Positions 29,641-39,778 of a stretch of DNA of 45,931 nt are shown here, in pieces. The translations under genes and the position numbers were made by a program. Location: the NCBI GenBank assembly GCA_016202395.1, contig JACQOV010000039.1:1-45931 (forward strand), written 5' to 3'. Source of the DNA: Deltaproteobacteria bacterium. GTDB taxonomy: Bacteria > JACQOV01. Under the pieces are notes generated by a model that worked only from the letters and a program-made list of their open reading frames with translations, had not been told where the DNA came from and made no database searches. Position 1 is the first letter of the stretch, and each line of letters begins with the position of its first letter.

Positions 29641-30984
29641 ATGACAACATTTCTGGCTTTTGTCGTTGTTTTGGGGGTTCTCGTGTTCATCCATGAATTC
29701 GGCCACTTTTTAGTGGCGAAAAAAGTGGGAGTTGCGGTCGAGAAGTTCTCACTCGGGTTTGGCCCTAAGATCTTTGGATTTGAACGCGGGGGGACGGAAT
29801 ATTGCGTATCGATCATCCCTTTAGGAGGCTATGTCAAACTCAAAGGGGAGGAGCATGAAGGCGAACAGGTGACGGGGAGTCCCGAAGAGTACAGCTCTCG
29901 GACCCTTGGGGAGAGAGCAGGCATTGTTGTTGCAGGTCCGGTGATGAATCTTCTCTTAGCTCTCCTCCTTTCTCCACTCCCGTTTTGGTTTGGAATGGAG
30001 GTTCCTTCGTATCTTTTTCAGCCGGCCCGGATCGGTTGGGTTGCGCCGGAGAGCCCTGCCGCGAAGGCCGGAATACAGTTTGATGATGAGATTGTTGGGA
30101 TCGATGGAAAGTCAGTGGATACTTGGAAGAAGGCTCAGACGGCATGGCTTTCTGATTCCAATCTGGAGGTCTCTTTAAAGGTTCGCCGAGGGGAGGAGAT
30201 CCTCTCTTTCAATCTCTCCGTTGAAGAAGGGATGGATGGGATGCGCAGTTTTGGAGGAATTCGCCCTCCTCTAGCCCCCATGGTGGGAGAGGTCGACCCG
30301 ATGCTCCCTGCGGCAAAGGCGGGGATCGTCTCGGGGGATCGCGTCGTTTCTGTGGAAGGGGTTCCAATCATCCATTGGGATCAGTTGACACAAGCGATTC
30401 GGTCCAACAAAGATCAGCCGATCTTGATGGAGGTGGAGCGCAAAGGGGAGAGATTCCAGTTCACGGTGACTCCTCAATGGAATGAGGAGTTTCAGATCCC
30501 ACAGGTTGGTATTTTGGTCGATCAAGAGATGTTCTTCCACCGGGAGGCTTTCTTTCCGGCGATTCGATCGGGAGTGGAGCGGACCGTCGACCTCGCGGGG
30601 CTCACGTTTGTGATTTTGGGAAAGCTCGTGACAGGGAATCTTTCGATTAAAGCGTTGGGTGGCCCTATTCTCATTGCTCAGGCCAGTGGGGAAGCGGCTC
30701 GGCAAGGGATTGCGCAGCTACTGGCTTTTATGGCTTTTTTGAGTTTGCAGTTGGGGGTTTTAAATCTTTTGCCTATCCCGGCCTTAGACGGAGGCCATCT
30801 TCTCTTCGTTGCCATTGAGGCGATTCGTCGAAGACCGCTTTCACTTCGAGCGCGCGCCATCGCCTCGCAAGCAGGTTTCTTCCTTCTGATCGGTTTCATC
30901 TTGATCATTTCGTATCAGGATTTGATGCGATTGGCCGGAATCCGTGATCTTTTTGAGCGCCTCGCCGGTTCTTTTTCAAAGTAG
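29641..30984 (+). CDS. rseP: RIP metalloprotease RseP with two PDZ domains
   Basis: HEFGH, PLGGYVK, AGP..N, NLLPIPALDGG. Confidence 0.97.
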   Translation: MTTFLAFVVVLGVLVFIHEFGHFLVAKKVGVAVEKFSLGFGPKIFGFERGGTEYCVSIIPLGGYVKLKGEEHEGEQVTGSPEEYSSRTLGERAGIVVAGPVMNLLLALLLSPLPFWFGMEVPSYLFQPARIGWVAPESPAAKAGIQFDDEIVGIDGKSVDTWKKAQTAWLSDSNLEVSLKVRRGEEILSFNLSVEEGMDGMRSFGGIRPPLAPMVGEVDPMLPAAKAGIVSGDRVVSVEGVPIIHWDQLTQAIRSNKDQPILMEVERKGERFQFTVTPQWNEEFQIPQVGILVDQEMFFHREAFFPAIRSGVERTVDLAGLTFVILGKLVTGNLSIKALGGPILIAQASGEAARQGIAQLLAFMAFLSLQLGVLNLLPIPALDGGHLLFVAIEAIRRRPLSLRARAIASQAGFFLLIGFILIISYQDLMRLAGIRDLFERLAGSFSK

Positions 30985-31007
30985 ATTTGGGTGTCCCTAG
31001 CGAACAT

Positions 31008-31046
31008 TTGACATTTTAAGATATTAAATGCTACAATTTAATAGCA
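31008..31046 (+). promoter_or_regulatory. toxin-antitoxin promoter with overlapping palindromic operators
   Basis: TTGACA (31008-31013), TG-C-TACAAT (31029-31037); inverted repeats TATTAAAT/ATTTAATA (31022-31043) and TGCTA/TAGCA (31029-31046). Confidence 0.75.
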
Positions 31047-31068
31047 AAAGGAGGGCTATCCGAATTCT

Positions 31069-31317
31069 ATGAGAATTGAAGAAGTATCTTTAGGTGTGCG
31101 TATTCCTATCTTGCTTAAAGAAAAATTAGATCATTTTTGTGAAGAGCATGGCTTAAAAATGAGTCATGTCGTTAAGACGGCTCTTATGGATAAGCTCAGG
31201 GAGTTCAAAGAAGAATTGGAAGACGTCCGAATGGCCAAAGAGCGGTTGCGGGATGGGGATTTCTTTTCCCAAGAGGAGTATGACCGTTATCTCAAGAAAC
31301 GGTTGCGGAAGAAGTGA
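31069..31317 (+). CDS. putative type II antitoxin (ribbon-helix-helix, RelB-like)
   Basis: SLGVRIP..LKEKLD.FC...GLKMS.VV..AL RHH pattern, acidic EELED segment; overlaps the toxin start (GTGA). Confidence 0.75.
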   Translation: MRIEEVSLGVRIPILLKEKLDHFCEEHGLKMSHVVKTALMDKLREFKEELEDVRMAKERLRDGDFFSQEEYDRYLKKRLRKK

Positions 31318-31571
31318 GCTATATCCTTCAGTATGAAAAGCGTGTTTTCAAAGATTTAGATCGAATTCCTAAAAGAGACCTGATTCGAATCGATAAAGCC
31401 ATCCAATCCCTTGCTGTCAATCCGCTTCCCATGGATGTGAAGAAATTGGTAGGGGAGACACAGCTTTTTAGGGTTCGTCAAGGAGATTATCGGATTATCT
31501 ATTCCATCGATCCCGTTTCTAAAATGGTTCAGATTATTGCGGTTCGACATCGAAAAGAGGCTTATCGCTAA
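31314..31571 (+). CDS. RelE/ParE family toxin (RelE-like mRNA interferase)
   Basis: 85 aa basic protein with KKL.G...FRVRQGDYRIIY and VRHRKEAYR. Confidence 0.9.
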   Translation: MSYILQYEKRVFKDLDRIPKRDLIRIDKAIQSLAVNPLPMDVKKLVGETQLFRVRQGDYRIIYSIDPVSKMVQIIAVRHRKEAYR

Positions 31572-32269
31572 TGAAATTATTGGCCATTGAGACAGCCACA
31601 CCGCAAGGGAGTGTTGCTTGGGTGGAAGAGGGGAGTGTCGTCGCGGAGGTGTGTGAGCTTCTGGATCAGAGGCTCTCGGAGCGTTTGATCGGGCTGATCG
31701 ATCGGCTTCTCCAAGAGAACCATCGAACGATTCAAGAGGTGGATGCCTTTGCGTTCTCTCATGGTCCTGGCTCTTACACCGGCTTAAGGATTGGTTTGGC
31801 GGCCATCCAAGGGCTGATTCTGGGAACAGGGAAAAAGGCGGTTGCCGTTTCAACGTTAGAGACATTGGCTCTCAATGCCAAAGGTCACCCAGGGTGGGTT
31901 ATTCCTTGGCTTGATGCGCGAATGAATCAGATCTATGGGGCGATCTATACATTCAATTCTCGTGGAGAGCCTGGGATCGTTCAGCCGGAAGTGGCTCTTC
32001 CCCCGGAGCAATTTTTGGAAAGGGTGACTCAGCCTGCCCTATTCATGGGGGAAGGATCTCTTCGTTATCAATCGTTGATCACCGAGCGACTAGGGAAGAG
32101 GGCTACCTTCGCTTCGCCCTCTTTGCAGTATCCACGGGCTTCCCTTGGGGCCCTTTTAGCCTGGGAAAAGGTGAAAAAAGGGGATTGGGTCGATTTCGGA
32201 ACCTTCTCTCTTCGCTATCTTCGTCCTTCCGCTGCAGAGATCCGCACGAAGTTTGCCTCTAACGCCTAG
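31571..32269 (+). CDS. tsaB: tRNA t6A biosynthesis protein TsaB
   Basis: LLAIETAT, GPGSYTGLRIG, DARM.QIY, YLRPS.AE. Confidence 0.95.
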   Translation: MKLLAIETATPQGSVAWVEEGSVVAEVCELLDQRLSERLIGLIDRLLQENHRTIQEVDAFAFSHGPGSYTGLRIGLAAIQGLILGTGKKAVAVSTLETLALNAKGHPGWVIPWLDARMNQIYGAIYTFNSRGEPGIVQPEVALPPEQFLERVTQPALFMGEGSLRYQSLITERLGKRATFASPSLQYPRASLGALLAWEKVKKGDWVDFGTFSLRYLRPSAAEIRTKFASNA

Positions 32270-32275
32270 AAACGA

Positions 32276-32304
32276 TTGACAATTTTTTGTTGCGCGACTA
32301 GTCT
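32276..32304 (+). promoter_or_regulatory. probable ilvB promoter
   Basis: TTGACA (32276-32281), 17 bp, TAGTCT (32299-32304). Confidence 0.6.
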
Positions 32305-32333
32305 TGGTCTCGTCGTTCGTTAAAGGGCAAACT

Positions 32334-34046
32334 ATGGCTGAAATGACCGGCGCACAGATCTTTATTGAGACTCTTCGCAGAGAAGGGGTGGATACTATCT
32401 TTGGCTATCCCGGCGGAGCGGTTCTCTATATTTACGATGAGCTCCTCAATTCCGATATCCGCCACATCCTGGTCCGCCATGAGCAGGGGGCGGTTCACAT
32501 GGCCGAAGGTTATGCAAAAGCTTCTGGCAAAGTGGGGGTTGCCTTGGTCACCTCAGGGCCTGGAGCGACGAATACAGTGACGGGCATTGCCGATGCCTAC
32601 ATGGATTCGGTTCCGATTGTGGTTTTCACAGGACAGGTTCCGTTGCCGTTGATTGGAAACGATGCCTTTCAAGAGGCCGACATTGTGGGTATCACGCGAC
32701 CTTGCACCAAGCATAATTATCTGGTCAAAGACATCAACGATTTGGCTCGAATTATTCGACAGGCGTTCTTCATCGCGAAAACGGGGCGTCCTGGGCCTGT
32801 GCTTGTGGATATTCCGAAAGACATTACGATTCAAAAGACCGAATACACCTATCCTGAAGAGGTTCGCCTGCGGAGCTACAATCCTACGGTGGAGGGGCAC
32901 ATGGGGCAGATCAAGCGGGGGCTTCGAGCGATCCTCCAGAGCAGACGCCCCATCTTCTATGTGGGGGGAGGGACGGTTTATTCCAGCGCGGAAGAAGAGG
33001 TGAGAGCGCTTGCCGAAAAGCTGAAGGTCCCTGTGGCTCTGACCTTGATGGGATTGGGAAGTTTTCCTGCGCATCATCCCCAATTTTTAGGGATGTTAGG
33101 TATGCACGGAACCTACACCGCCAACACCACGATGCAGAATGCCGATTTGATCTTTGCCATCGGTTCCCGTTTCGATGATCGTGTGACAGGGCGACTCAAA
33201 GATTTTGCTCCCCATGCCTCGTTTGTTCATGTCGATATCGATCCGAGCTCGATCGGAAAAAACGTGATTACCGATGTCCCGATTGTGGGGGATATACGGT
33301 CGGTGCTGCGTAGTCTGTGGAGGCTTGTGGAGGAGATGCCGAAATCGGAGGTTGCGGCGTTTCACAAACAGATTCAACCTTGGTGGGATCAGATCCATAC
33401 GTGGAATCAGCAGCATCCTTTAAAGTATGAAGACAGCGAGGAGGGGATTAAAGCCCAGTACGTGGTTGAGAGAATCTATGACGTTGCGGACGAGAATCTT
33501 CTCGTAACGACCGATGTGGGACAACATCAGATGTGGGCGGCCCAATATTTTCGTTCCAAACAAAAGAAGAGTTTTATCACCTCTGGGGGTTTGGGGACGA
33601 TGGGGTTCGGTTTTCCGGCGGCCATTGGCGCTAAAGTGGCTCGACCCGATGTCCCTGTTTTTTGCATCTCAGGAGATGGAAGTTTTCTAATGAACATGCA
33701 GGAGATTGGGACCGCGGTTCAATATAATGTTCCTGTCAAGGTGGCGATTCTTAATAACTTCTACTTAGGGATGGTTCGTCAGTGGCAAGAGCTTTTCTAC
33801 CAGAGGCGCTATTCGGAGGTGGTAATGAAAGCGATGCCTGACTTTTCGAAGCTCGCAGAGGCTTTTGGCGCCAAAGGGTTCACGATCAAAAAAAAGAAGG
33901 ATGTGGTTCCTGTGTTAAAAGAGGCGATGAAGATCGATGGGCCCGTGATCATGGACTTTCATGTTCTGAGGGAGGAGAATGTTTATCCGATGATTCCGGC
34001 GGGAGCCTCGCTCAGCGAGATTGTTGTCGGACCACCGGAGAAGTGA
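32334..34046 (+). CDS. ilvB: acetolactate synthase large subunit
   Basis: FGYPGGA, RHEQGA, TSGPGATN, GMLGMHG, DVGQHQMW, GDGSFLMN, LGMVRQWQ. Confidence 0.97.
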   Translation: MAEMTGAQIFIETLRREGVDTIFGYPGGAVLYIYDELLNSDIRHILVRHEQGAVHMAEGYAKASGKVGVALVTSGPGATNTVTGIADAYMDSVPIVVFTGQVPLPLIGNDAFQEADIVGITRPCTKHNYLVKDINDLARIIRQAFFIAKTGRPGPVLVDIPKDITIQKTEYTYPEEVRLRSYNPTVEGHMGQIKRGLRAILQSRRPIFYVGGGTVYSSAEEEVRALAEKLKVPVALTLMGLGSFPAHHPQFLGMLGMHGTYTANTTMQNADLIFAIGSRFDDRVTGRLKDFAPHASFVHVDIDPSSIGKNVITDVPIVGDIRSVLRSLWRLVEEMPKSEVAAFHKQIQPWWDQIHTWNQQHPLKYEDSEEGIKAQYVVERIYDVADENLLVTTDVGQHQMWAAQYFRSKQKKSFITSGGLGTMGFGFPAAIGAKVARPDVPVFCISGDGSFLMNMQEIGTAVQYNVPVKVAILNNFYLGMVRQWQELFYQRRYSEVVMKAMPDFSKLAEAFGAKGFTIKKKKDVVPVLKEAMKIDGPVIMDFHVLREENVYPMIPAGASLSEIVVGPPEK

Positions 34047-34079
34047 AAGAATTGTTAACTTACCATAAGGAGTTACGCG

Positions 34080-34658
34080 ATGAGACATACAATTTCAGTG
34101 TTAGTTGAGAACCAGTTTGGAGTGCTCGCCCGTATTTCGGGCCTGTTTAGCGGGCGAGGTTATAACATCGATTCCTTAACGGTCGCGGAAACGCTAGATC
34201 CCACGACCTCACGGATGACCATTGTGACTCGTGGAGAGGATCCGGTCATTGAGCAGATCATCAAACAGCTCAACCGCTTGATCGACGTTATCAAGGTTGT
34301 GGATCTTACGGGAGTCGACCATGTGGAACGAGAGATCGTTTTGGTGAAAGTGGTGGCTCAAGGTGAAAAGCGGGAGGAGGTTTTGAGGATCGTCGATATC
34401 TTTCGTGGGAAGATCATCGATGTGAGCCCGGAAGGTTTTGTCATTGAACTCACGGGGGATGAGGATAAGATCAATGCCTTTGTGAATTTGCTCAAGCCCT
34501 TGGGGGTTAAGGAGGTGGCTCGAGCGGGCAAGGTGGCGATGCCGCGCGGTTTGGGGAAATTAGGAAGCGTGGCTAAATCGGTTGAAAAAGAAAGAAAAGA
34601 AGGACCGGAACTAGCGGGAAGCTCTAAAGGAGAAGGGAGCGGCGCTTTACCGGCGTAA
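34080..34658 (+). CDS. ilvN: acetolactate synthase small (regulatory) subunit
   Basis: [31 protein letters not shown] domain. Confidence 0.96.
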   Translation: MRHTISVLVENQFGVLARISGLFSGRGYNIDSLTVAETLDPTTSRMTIVTRGEDPVIEQIIKQLNRLIDVIKVVDLTGVDHVEREIVLVKVVAQGEKREEVLRIVDIFRGKIIDVSPEGFVIELTGDEDKINAFVNLLKPLGVKEVARAGKVAMPRGLGKLGSVAKSVEKERKEGPELAGSSKGEGSGALPA

Positions 34659-34670
34659 ACAGGAGAAAAT

Positions 34671-35699
34671 ATGAAAATCTATTACGATAAAGATGCAGAT
34701 TTGGGTCGGTTAAAAAACAAAACGGTGGCCAAAACGGTGGCGATGATTGGTTATGGAAGCCAAGGGCATGCTCATGCTTTGAATCTGAAGGATAGCGGAA
34801 TCAAAGTGGTTGTAGGGCTTCGAAAAGGGGGAACGTCCTGGGACAAAGCCGTTCAAGCAGGCTTCGAGGTGAAATCAGTTGCTGAAGCGGTAAAATCCGC
34901 AGAGGTCGTGATGGTGGTGGTCCCCGATGAGCTGGCGGGGCCTCTTTATCAGAAGGAGATCGGCCCCAATCTCCAACCGGGGAGTTATCTTGCCTTTGCG
35001 CATGGCTTTAACATCCATTTTAAGGTGATTGTTCCCGATTCGAAGATCAATGTTTTTATGATTGCTCCGAAAGGGCCAGGTCATCTGGTTCGCTCCGAGT
35101 TTGTTCGAGGGGCGGGGGTGCCGGCGTTGGTTGCCATCCATCAAGATCCTTCCAAGGACACGCTCCAGGTGGCGCTCGCTTACGGCCGTGGGATTGGAGC
35201 GAGTCGAGCCGGGATTTTGGAGACCGATTTTCGAGAAGAGACAGAGACCGATCTCTTCGGAGAACAGAGTGTTTTGTGCGGAGGGCTCACTTCTCTCATG
35301 AAAGCGGGGTTTGAAACGTTGGTGGAGGCGGGCTATGCCCCCGAGGTCGCTTATTTCGAATGTGTTCATGAGATGAAGTTGATTGTGGATCTCATCTACG
35401 AGGGTGGAATCTCGAACATGCGCTATTCCATCAGCAACACCGCGGAGTATGGAGACATGACTCGCGGGCCTCGAGTGATCGACAAACAGGTTCGCGAGGA
35501 GATGAAAAAAATACTCCAGGAGATTCAAAGCGGTCGATTTGCTAAAGAGTGGATTGCCGAGAACAAGGATGGCTCCGTTAATTTTAATTCGCTTCGAAGG
35601 AAGGCGCGCGAGGAAAAGATTGAGAAAGTGGGGGAACAACTGAGGGGGATGATGCCGTGGCTGGAGAAGAATCGCCTCGTGGATAAAAGCAAAAATTGA
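34671..35699 (+). CDS. ilvC: ketol-acid reductoisomerase
   Basis: [42 protein letters not shown]. Confidence 0.98.
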   Translation: MKIYYDKDADLGRLKNKTVAKTVAMIGYGSQGHAHALNLKDSGIKVVVGLRKGGTSWDKAVQAGFEVKSVAEAVKSAEVVMVVVPDELAGPLYQKEIGPNLQPGSYLAFAHGFNIHFKVIVPDSKINVFMIAPKGPGHLVRSEFVRGAGVPALVAIHQDPSKDTLQVALAYGRGIGASRAGILETDFREETETDLFGEQSVLCGGLTSLMKAGFETLVEAGYAPEVAYFECVHEMKLIVDLIYEGGISNMRYSISNTAEYGDMTRGPRVIDKQVREEMKKILQEIQSGRFAKEWIAENKDGSVNFNSLRRKAREEKIEKVGEQLRGMMPWLEKNRLVDKSKN

Positions 35700-35703
35700 C
35701 CCT

Positions 35704-36357
35704 ATGGAACCCAAAAGTTTACAGATGCCGATTGTGGGAGAGGCGATTCCCCTAGTCCTGGTTGGTTTATTCGTTTCCGTTGCCTCTTTTTTGATGGGAT
35801 GGAAAGTCCCCAGTGGATTGGTCTTTTTGCTAACGGTGGGAGTGGCTCTGTTTTTTCGGAATCCGAGGCGCTGCATTCCACAGGATAAGGAAGCCATTCT
35901 TTCTCCGGCAGACGGAAAGGTGATGCGAATCGAGCGGAGTTTTTCAGAGCCAGGGTTTGCAGAGAAGGTCACGCTTCTAAGCATTTTTCTTTCATTGGCC
36001 AATGTTCATGTAAACCGTCTGCCGGTTTCAGGGCGTGTGAAAGAGGTCCGTTATCGTAAAGGAAAATTCCGTTTTGCTTTTGACCCTAAGGCTGTTGGGG
36101 AGAACGAGAGGAACTTCCTTCGGGTAGCCATGGAAAACGGGAAGGAGATTGGATTTGCGCAGGTCGCTGGTTTCATTGCGCGTCGAATCCGATGTTTCAT
36201 AAAACCTGGGGATCCGGTTTGCGCTGGAGAACGATTTGGATTGATTCGATTTGGTTCGCGAGCCGATCTATTCCTTCCGGAATCGGTCGAGGTCTTGGTG
36301 AGAGAGGGGGAGAAGGTGCGAGGGGGAGAAACTATTTTAGCGAGGTTTAAATCATGA
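35704..36357 (+). CDS. psd: phosphatidylserine decarboxylase proenzyme (short type)
   Basis: FFRNP.R, SPADG, HVNR.P, ENERN, IRFGSR autocleavage motif. Confidence 0.93.
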   Translation: MEPKSLQMPIVGEAIPLVLVGLFVSVASFLMGWKVPSGLVFLLTVGVALFFRNPRRCIPQDKEAILSPADGKVMRIERSFSEPGFAEKVTLLSIFLSLANVHVNRLPVSGRVKEVRYRKGKFRFAFDPKAVGENERNFLRVAMENGKEIGFAQVAGFIARRIRCFIKPGDPVCAGERFGLIRFGSRADLFLPESVEVLVREGEKVRGGETILARFKS

Positions 36358-37115
36358 CGATAAAAAGAGAAAAGAAAAGGATCCGAGGGGTTCAGCTCCT
36401 TCCTAACTTGCTGACCACAGGGAGTTTGTTTGGAGGGTTTTACTCGATTGTGGCCACTCTTGAAGGGAGTTTTGAAAAAGCGGCCATTGCCATTATTGTC
36501 TCGATCTTCTTCGATGGAATCGATGGCAAAGTGGCCCGGATCACGCGAACCGAAAGTAGTTTTGGGATTGAGTACGACTCTCTTTCAGATCTGGTCGCAT
36601 TTGGCGTGGCCCCTGCCATTCTTGTTTACTCGTGGGCTCTGATCCCCTTTGGTCGGCTGGGGTGGCTTGCCGGATTTATCTACACGGCGTGTGTTGCTTT
36701 AAGATTAGCCCGATACAACGTTCAGTTCTCCTCCGTGGAATCGAAGAATTTTCGAGGTCTCCCTTGTCCTGCGGCGGCCGGTTTTACCGCCTCCACGGTT
36801 TTGCTCTATTTTCATTTGGGAGTGGCGGAGAATTTCTCCAAGCAGATTGCGTTGCTTTTGATGGTTTACCTTTTAGGCGTTTTGATGGTGAGCAGCATCC
36901 CGTACTATGGATTCAAAGAGCTGGATCTGTTGCGAAGGAAGCCGTTTGGAGTCCTTTTCTTGATGGTTTCGATCTTGGCGTTGGTGGTTGCTTTTCCGCC
37001 CGTGACCCTTTTCATCATGGGGTTTGTCTATGTTTTTTCAGGACCGATTCTTTATTTGTTGAAGCGAAGGCGAGTGGCTGTTGAGAAAACGGAATCGTCT
37101 GACTCGAAGGTTTAG
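36354..37115 (+). CDS. pssA: CDP-diacylglycerol--serine O-phosphatidyltransferase
   Basis: LPNLLT, DGIDGKVAR, DSLSDLVAFGVAP, RLARYN. Confidence 0.96.
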   Translation: MTIKREKKRIRGVQLLPNLLTTGSLFGGFYSIVATLEGSFEKAAIAIIVSIFFDGIDGKVARITRTESSFGIEYDSLSDLVAFGVAPAILVYSWALIPFGRLGWLAGFIYTACVALRLARYNVQFSSVESKNFRGLPCPAAAGFTASTVLLYFHLGVAENFSKQIALLLMVYLLGVLMVSSIPYYGFKELDLLRRKPFGVLFLMVSILALVVAFPPVTLFIMGFVYVFSGPILYLLKRRRVAVEKTESSDSKV

Positions 37116-37116
37116 T

Positions 37117-38661
37117 GTGACACAGCGAATCTACATCTTTGATACGACTTTGCGGGATGGAGAACAGTCTCCCGGAGCGAGCATGAATCCGGAAGAGAAG
37201 CTCCGGATCGCTAAGCAGCTTGAAAAGCTCAATGTCGATGTGATTGAAGCAGGCTTTCCCATTGCCTCGCAAGGGGATTTTGAGGCCGTTGCCACCATTG
37301 CTAAAGAGGTTCGCAAACCGATCATTGCAGGGCTGGCTCGAGCCCAAGATTCCGACATCGACCGCTGTTGGGAGGCGGTGAAGGGGGCCGCGCGTCCCAG
37401 GATTCACACTTTCATTGCCACCTCGGATATCCACTTAAAACATAAACTCCAAAAAACGCGGGACGAGGTTTTGAAAGAGATTGAACGGGCCGTGCGGCGA
37501 GCTAAAAAATATACCCCTGATGTGGAGTTTTCGGCGGAGGATGCCACACGCTCCAACTGGGATTATCTTTGCAAGGCCTTTGCCGTTGCCATTGAAAGCG
37601 GGGCCACCACCCTCAATGTGCCGGATACGGTGGGTTACACCGTCCCTTCGGAGTTTGGGGCTTTAATCCGCCATCTCCGCGAGAATGTCCCGGGGATGGA
37701 TCAGGTTGTGATCAGCGTTCACTGTCACAATGATCTTGGATTGGCGGTTCCTAATTCGATTGCCGCTATTGAAGCTGGGGCTCGGCAAATCGAATGCACC
37801 GTGAATGGGATTGGAGAGCGTGCCGGAAACGCTTCCATGGAAGAGATCGTGATGATCTTAAAGACGCGCAAAGATCAGCTCCCTTATGAGACCGGGATTG
37901 TAACGGAGCACATTTATCCGACGAGTCGACTCTTGTCTCAGATCACGGGGATGGTGGTGCAGCCGAACAAGGCTATTGTGGGGGCCAATGCCTTTGCGCA
38001 TGAGGCGGGAATCCATCAACACGGAGTTCTTCAAGAGAAACTGACCTATGAGATTATGAAGCCGGAAGATATTGGCCTGCTCTCCAATCTTTTGGTGATG
38101 GGAAAGCATTCCGGGCGCCATGCTTTTCGGGATCGACTGAAGGCGTTGGGATATGATCTCCCCGCAGGCGATCTCGACAAGGCGTTTCAACAATTTAAGG
38201 AGCTAGCGGACAAAAAGAAAGAGATCTACGATGAGGATCTGGAGGCCATTGTCAGTGAGGAGATCCTTCGCATCCCAGAGCAGTATCGACTCGTTTCGGT
38301 TCATGTGACCACAGGGACCGATACGCAACCCCAGGCCAAGATTGTGATGGAGGTCGAGGGGACTGCCATGGAGGGGACCCAAACGGGGGATGGTCCTGTA
38401 GACGCCGTGTACAAGACCATCGCCAAAATGACGAAGACAAAAAGCAAGTTGCTACGCTACTCTGTCAATGCGATCACTGGGGGGACGGAGGCTCAAGGAG
38501 AGGTCACCGTCCGTTTAGAAGAAGAGGGCCAGACGGTGATTGGCCAAGGAGCTCATACCGATATTTTAGTGGCTAGCGCCAAGGCTTATATTAATGGCTT
38601 AAACAAGATGGCGTACCGGAAGCATAGGCGGCGACCTCGCACAGGGATGGTTGGCCCGTAG
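37117..38661 (+). CDS. leuA: 2-isopropylmalate synthase
   Basis: [47 protein letters not shown]. Confidence 0.97.
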   Translation: MTQRIYIFDTTLRDGEQSPGASMNPEEKLRIAKQLEKLNVDVIEAGFPIASQGDFEAVATIAKEVRKPIIAGLARAQDSDIDRCWEAVKGAARPRIHTFIATSDIHLKHKLQKTRDEVLKEIERAVRRAKKYTPDVEFSAEDATRSNWDYLCKAFAVAIESGATTLNVPDTVGYTVPSEFGALIRHLRENVPGMDQVVISVHCHNDLGLAVPNSIAAIEAGARQIECTVNGIGERAGNASMEEIVMILKTRKDQLPYETGIVTEHIYPTSRLLSQITGMVVQPNKAIVGANAFAHEAGIHQHGVLQEKLTYEIMKPEDIGLLSNLLVMGKHSGRHAFRDRLKALGYDLPAGDLDKAFQQFKELADKKKEIYDEDLEAIVSEEILRIPEQYRLVSVHVTTGTDTQPQAKIVMEVEGTAMEGTQTGDGPVDAVYKTIAKMTKTKSKLLRYSVNAITGGTEAQGEVTVRLEEEGQTVIGQGAHTDILVASAKAYINGLNKMAYRKHRRRPRTGMVGP

Positions 38662-38687
38662 AACTCTTTGATGGAAATCATTATTTT

Positions 38688-39752
38688 ATGGAACAGATAC
38701 TCATTTTGCCGGGAGATGGAATCGGACCGGAAGTCGTTGAACAAGCGATTCGCGTATTAGAAAAGGTTTCAAAGCTTCAGAAGTTTCCTCTTTCGTTGGA
38801 AGAAGGGCTCATCGGTGGGGCCTCTTTAGATCGTCACGGCGTTCCCATTACGGAGGAGACTCTTCAAAAAGCAAAGCGATCTCGCGCTGTTTTGCTCGGC
38901 GCTGTCGGAGGTCCCCAATGGGATGATCTTCCTACCGACCGTCGCCCTGAGAAGGCTTTGCTTCGGATCCGAAAAGAGCTCGGTTGTTTTGCCAACTTAA
39001 GACCTGCCAAACTCTATGGCGCTTTGATCGATTCCTCTCCATTGCGTCCAGAGATTGTTTCGGGGGTGGATCTTTTAGTGGTTCGAGAATTGACCGGAGG
39101 GCTTTATTTTGGGGAGCCTCGTGGTGTTGAAAGGCGGGATGGGATTGAACGCGGGGTCAATACCTTGGTTTACACCACCCCTGAGATTGAGCGGGTTGCC
39201 CGCGTTGCCTTCGAGGCTGCCAGCCAGCGACGAAAGAAGGTGACCTCGGTGGACAAGGCCAATGTTTTGGAGACAACGGCTTTGTGGCGGCGAGTGGTCA
39301 CCGATTTGCATCAAGAGTACCGAGATGTCTCGCTTCATCATCTCTATGTGGACAATTGCGCGATGCAGTTGATCCAGAATCCGAAGCAGTTCGATGTCAT
39401 CCTCACGGAGAACCTCTTTGGAGATATCTTAAGTGATGAGGCCGCCATGTTGACAGGATCGATCGGGATGCTTCCCTCCGCCAGCATGGGAGGAGAACAC
39501 GCTATTTATGAGCCGGTTCACGGAAGCGCCCCGGATATTGCGGGACAAGGGAAGGCCAATCCTTTAGCCACGATCCTCTCAGTGGCGATGCTCCTCCGTT
39601 ACTCCTTGAGGCAGGAAGGGGTCGCGGATACGATTGAGAAGGCGGTTGAGAAGGTTTTAAACGAGGGGTATCGAACGGCCGATTTGGCCCGTCCGGGGGC
39701 AGCGGTTGTCGGGACAGCAAAGATGGGGGATCTGGTGTTAGGGCACCTCTAG
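38688..39752 (+). CDS. leuB: 3-isopropylmalate dehydrogenase
   Basis: [45 protein letters not shown]. Confidence 0.97.
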   Translation: MEQILILPGDGIGPEVVEQAIRVLEKVSKLQKFPLSLEEGLIGGASLDRHGVPITEETLQKAKRSRAVLLGAVGGPQWDDLPTDRRPEKALLRIRKELGCFANLRPAKLYGALIDSSPLRPEIVSGVDLLVVRELTGGLYFGEPRGVERRDGIERGVNTLVYTTPEIERVARVAFEAASQRRKKVTSVDKANVLETTALWRRVVTDLHQEYRDVSLHHLYVDNCAMQLIQNPKQFDVILTENLFGDILSDEAAMLTGSIGMLPSASMGGEHAIYEPVHGSAPDIAGQGKANPLATILSVAMLLRYSLRQEGVADTIEKAVEKVLNEGYRTADLARPGAAVVGTAKMGDLVLGHL

Positions 39753-39778
39753 AACAGATAGAGGTTTCACGGGTCTAA

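Noticed and set aside
32270-32333. ilv leader peptide, attenuator or T-box
   Set aside because: The spacer is only 64 bp and is mostly promoter; no Ile/Leu/Val-rich mini-ORF or terminator.
34875-36002. 375-aa minus-strand ORF and the many other antisense or alternate-frame ORFs in the track
   Set aside because: They are shadows of well-conserved + strand genes, with no motifs or independent expression signals.
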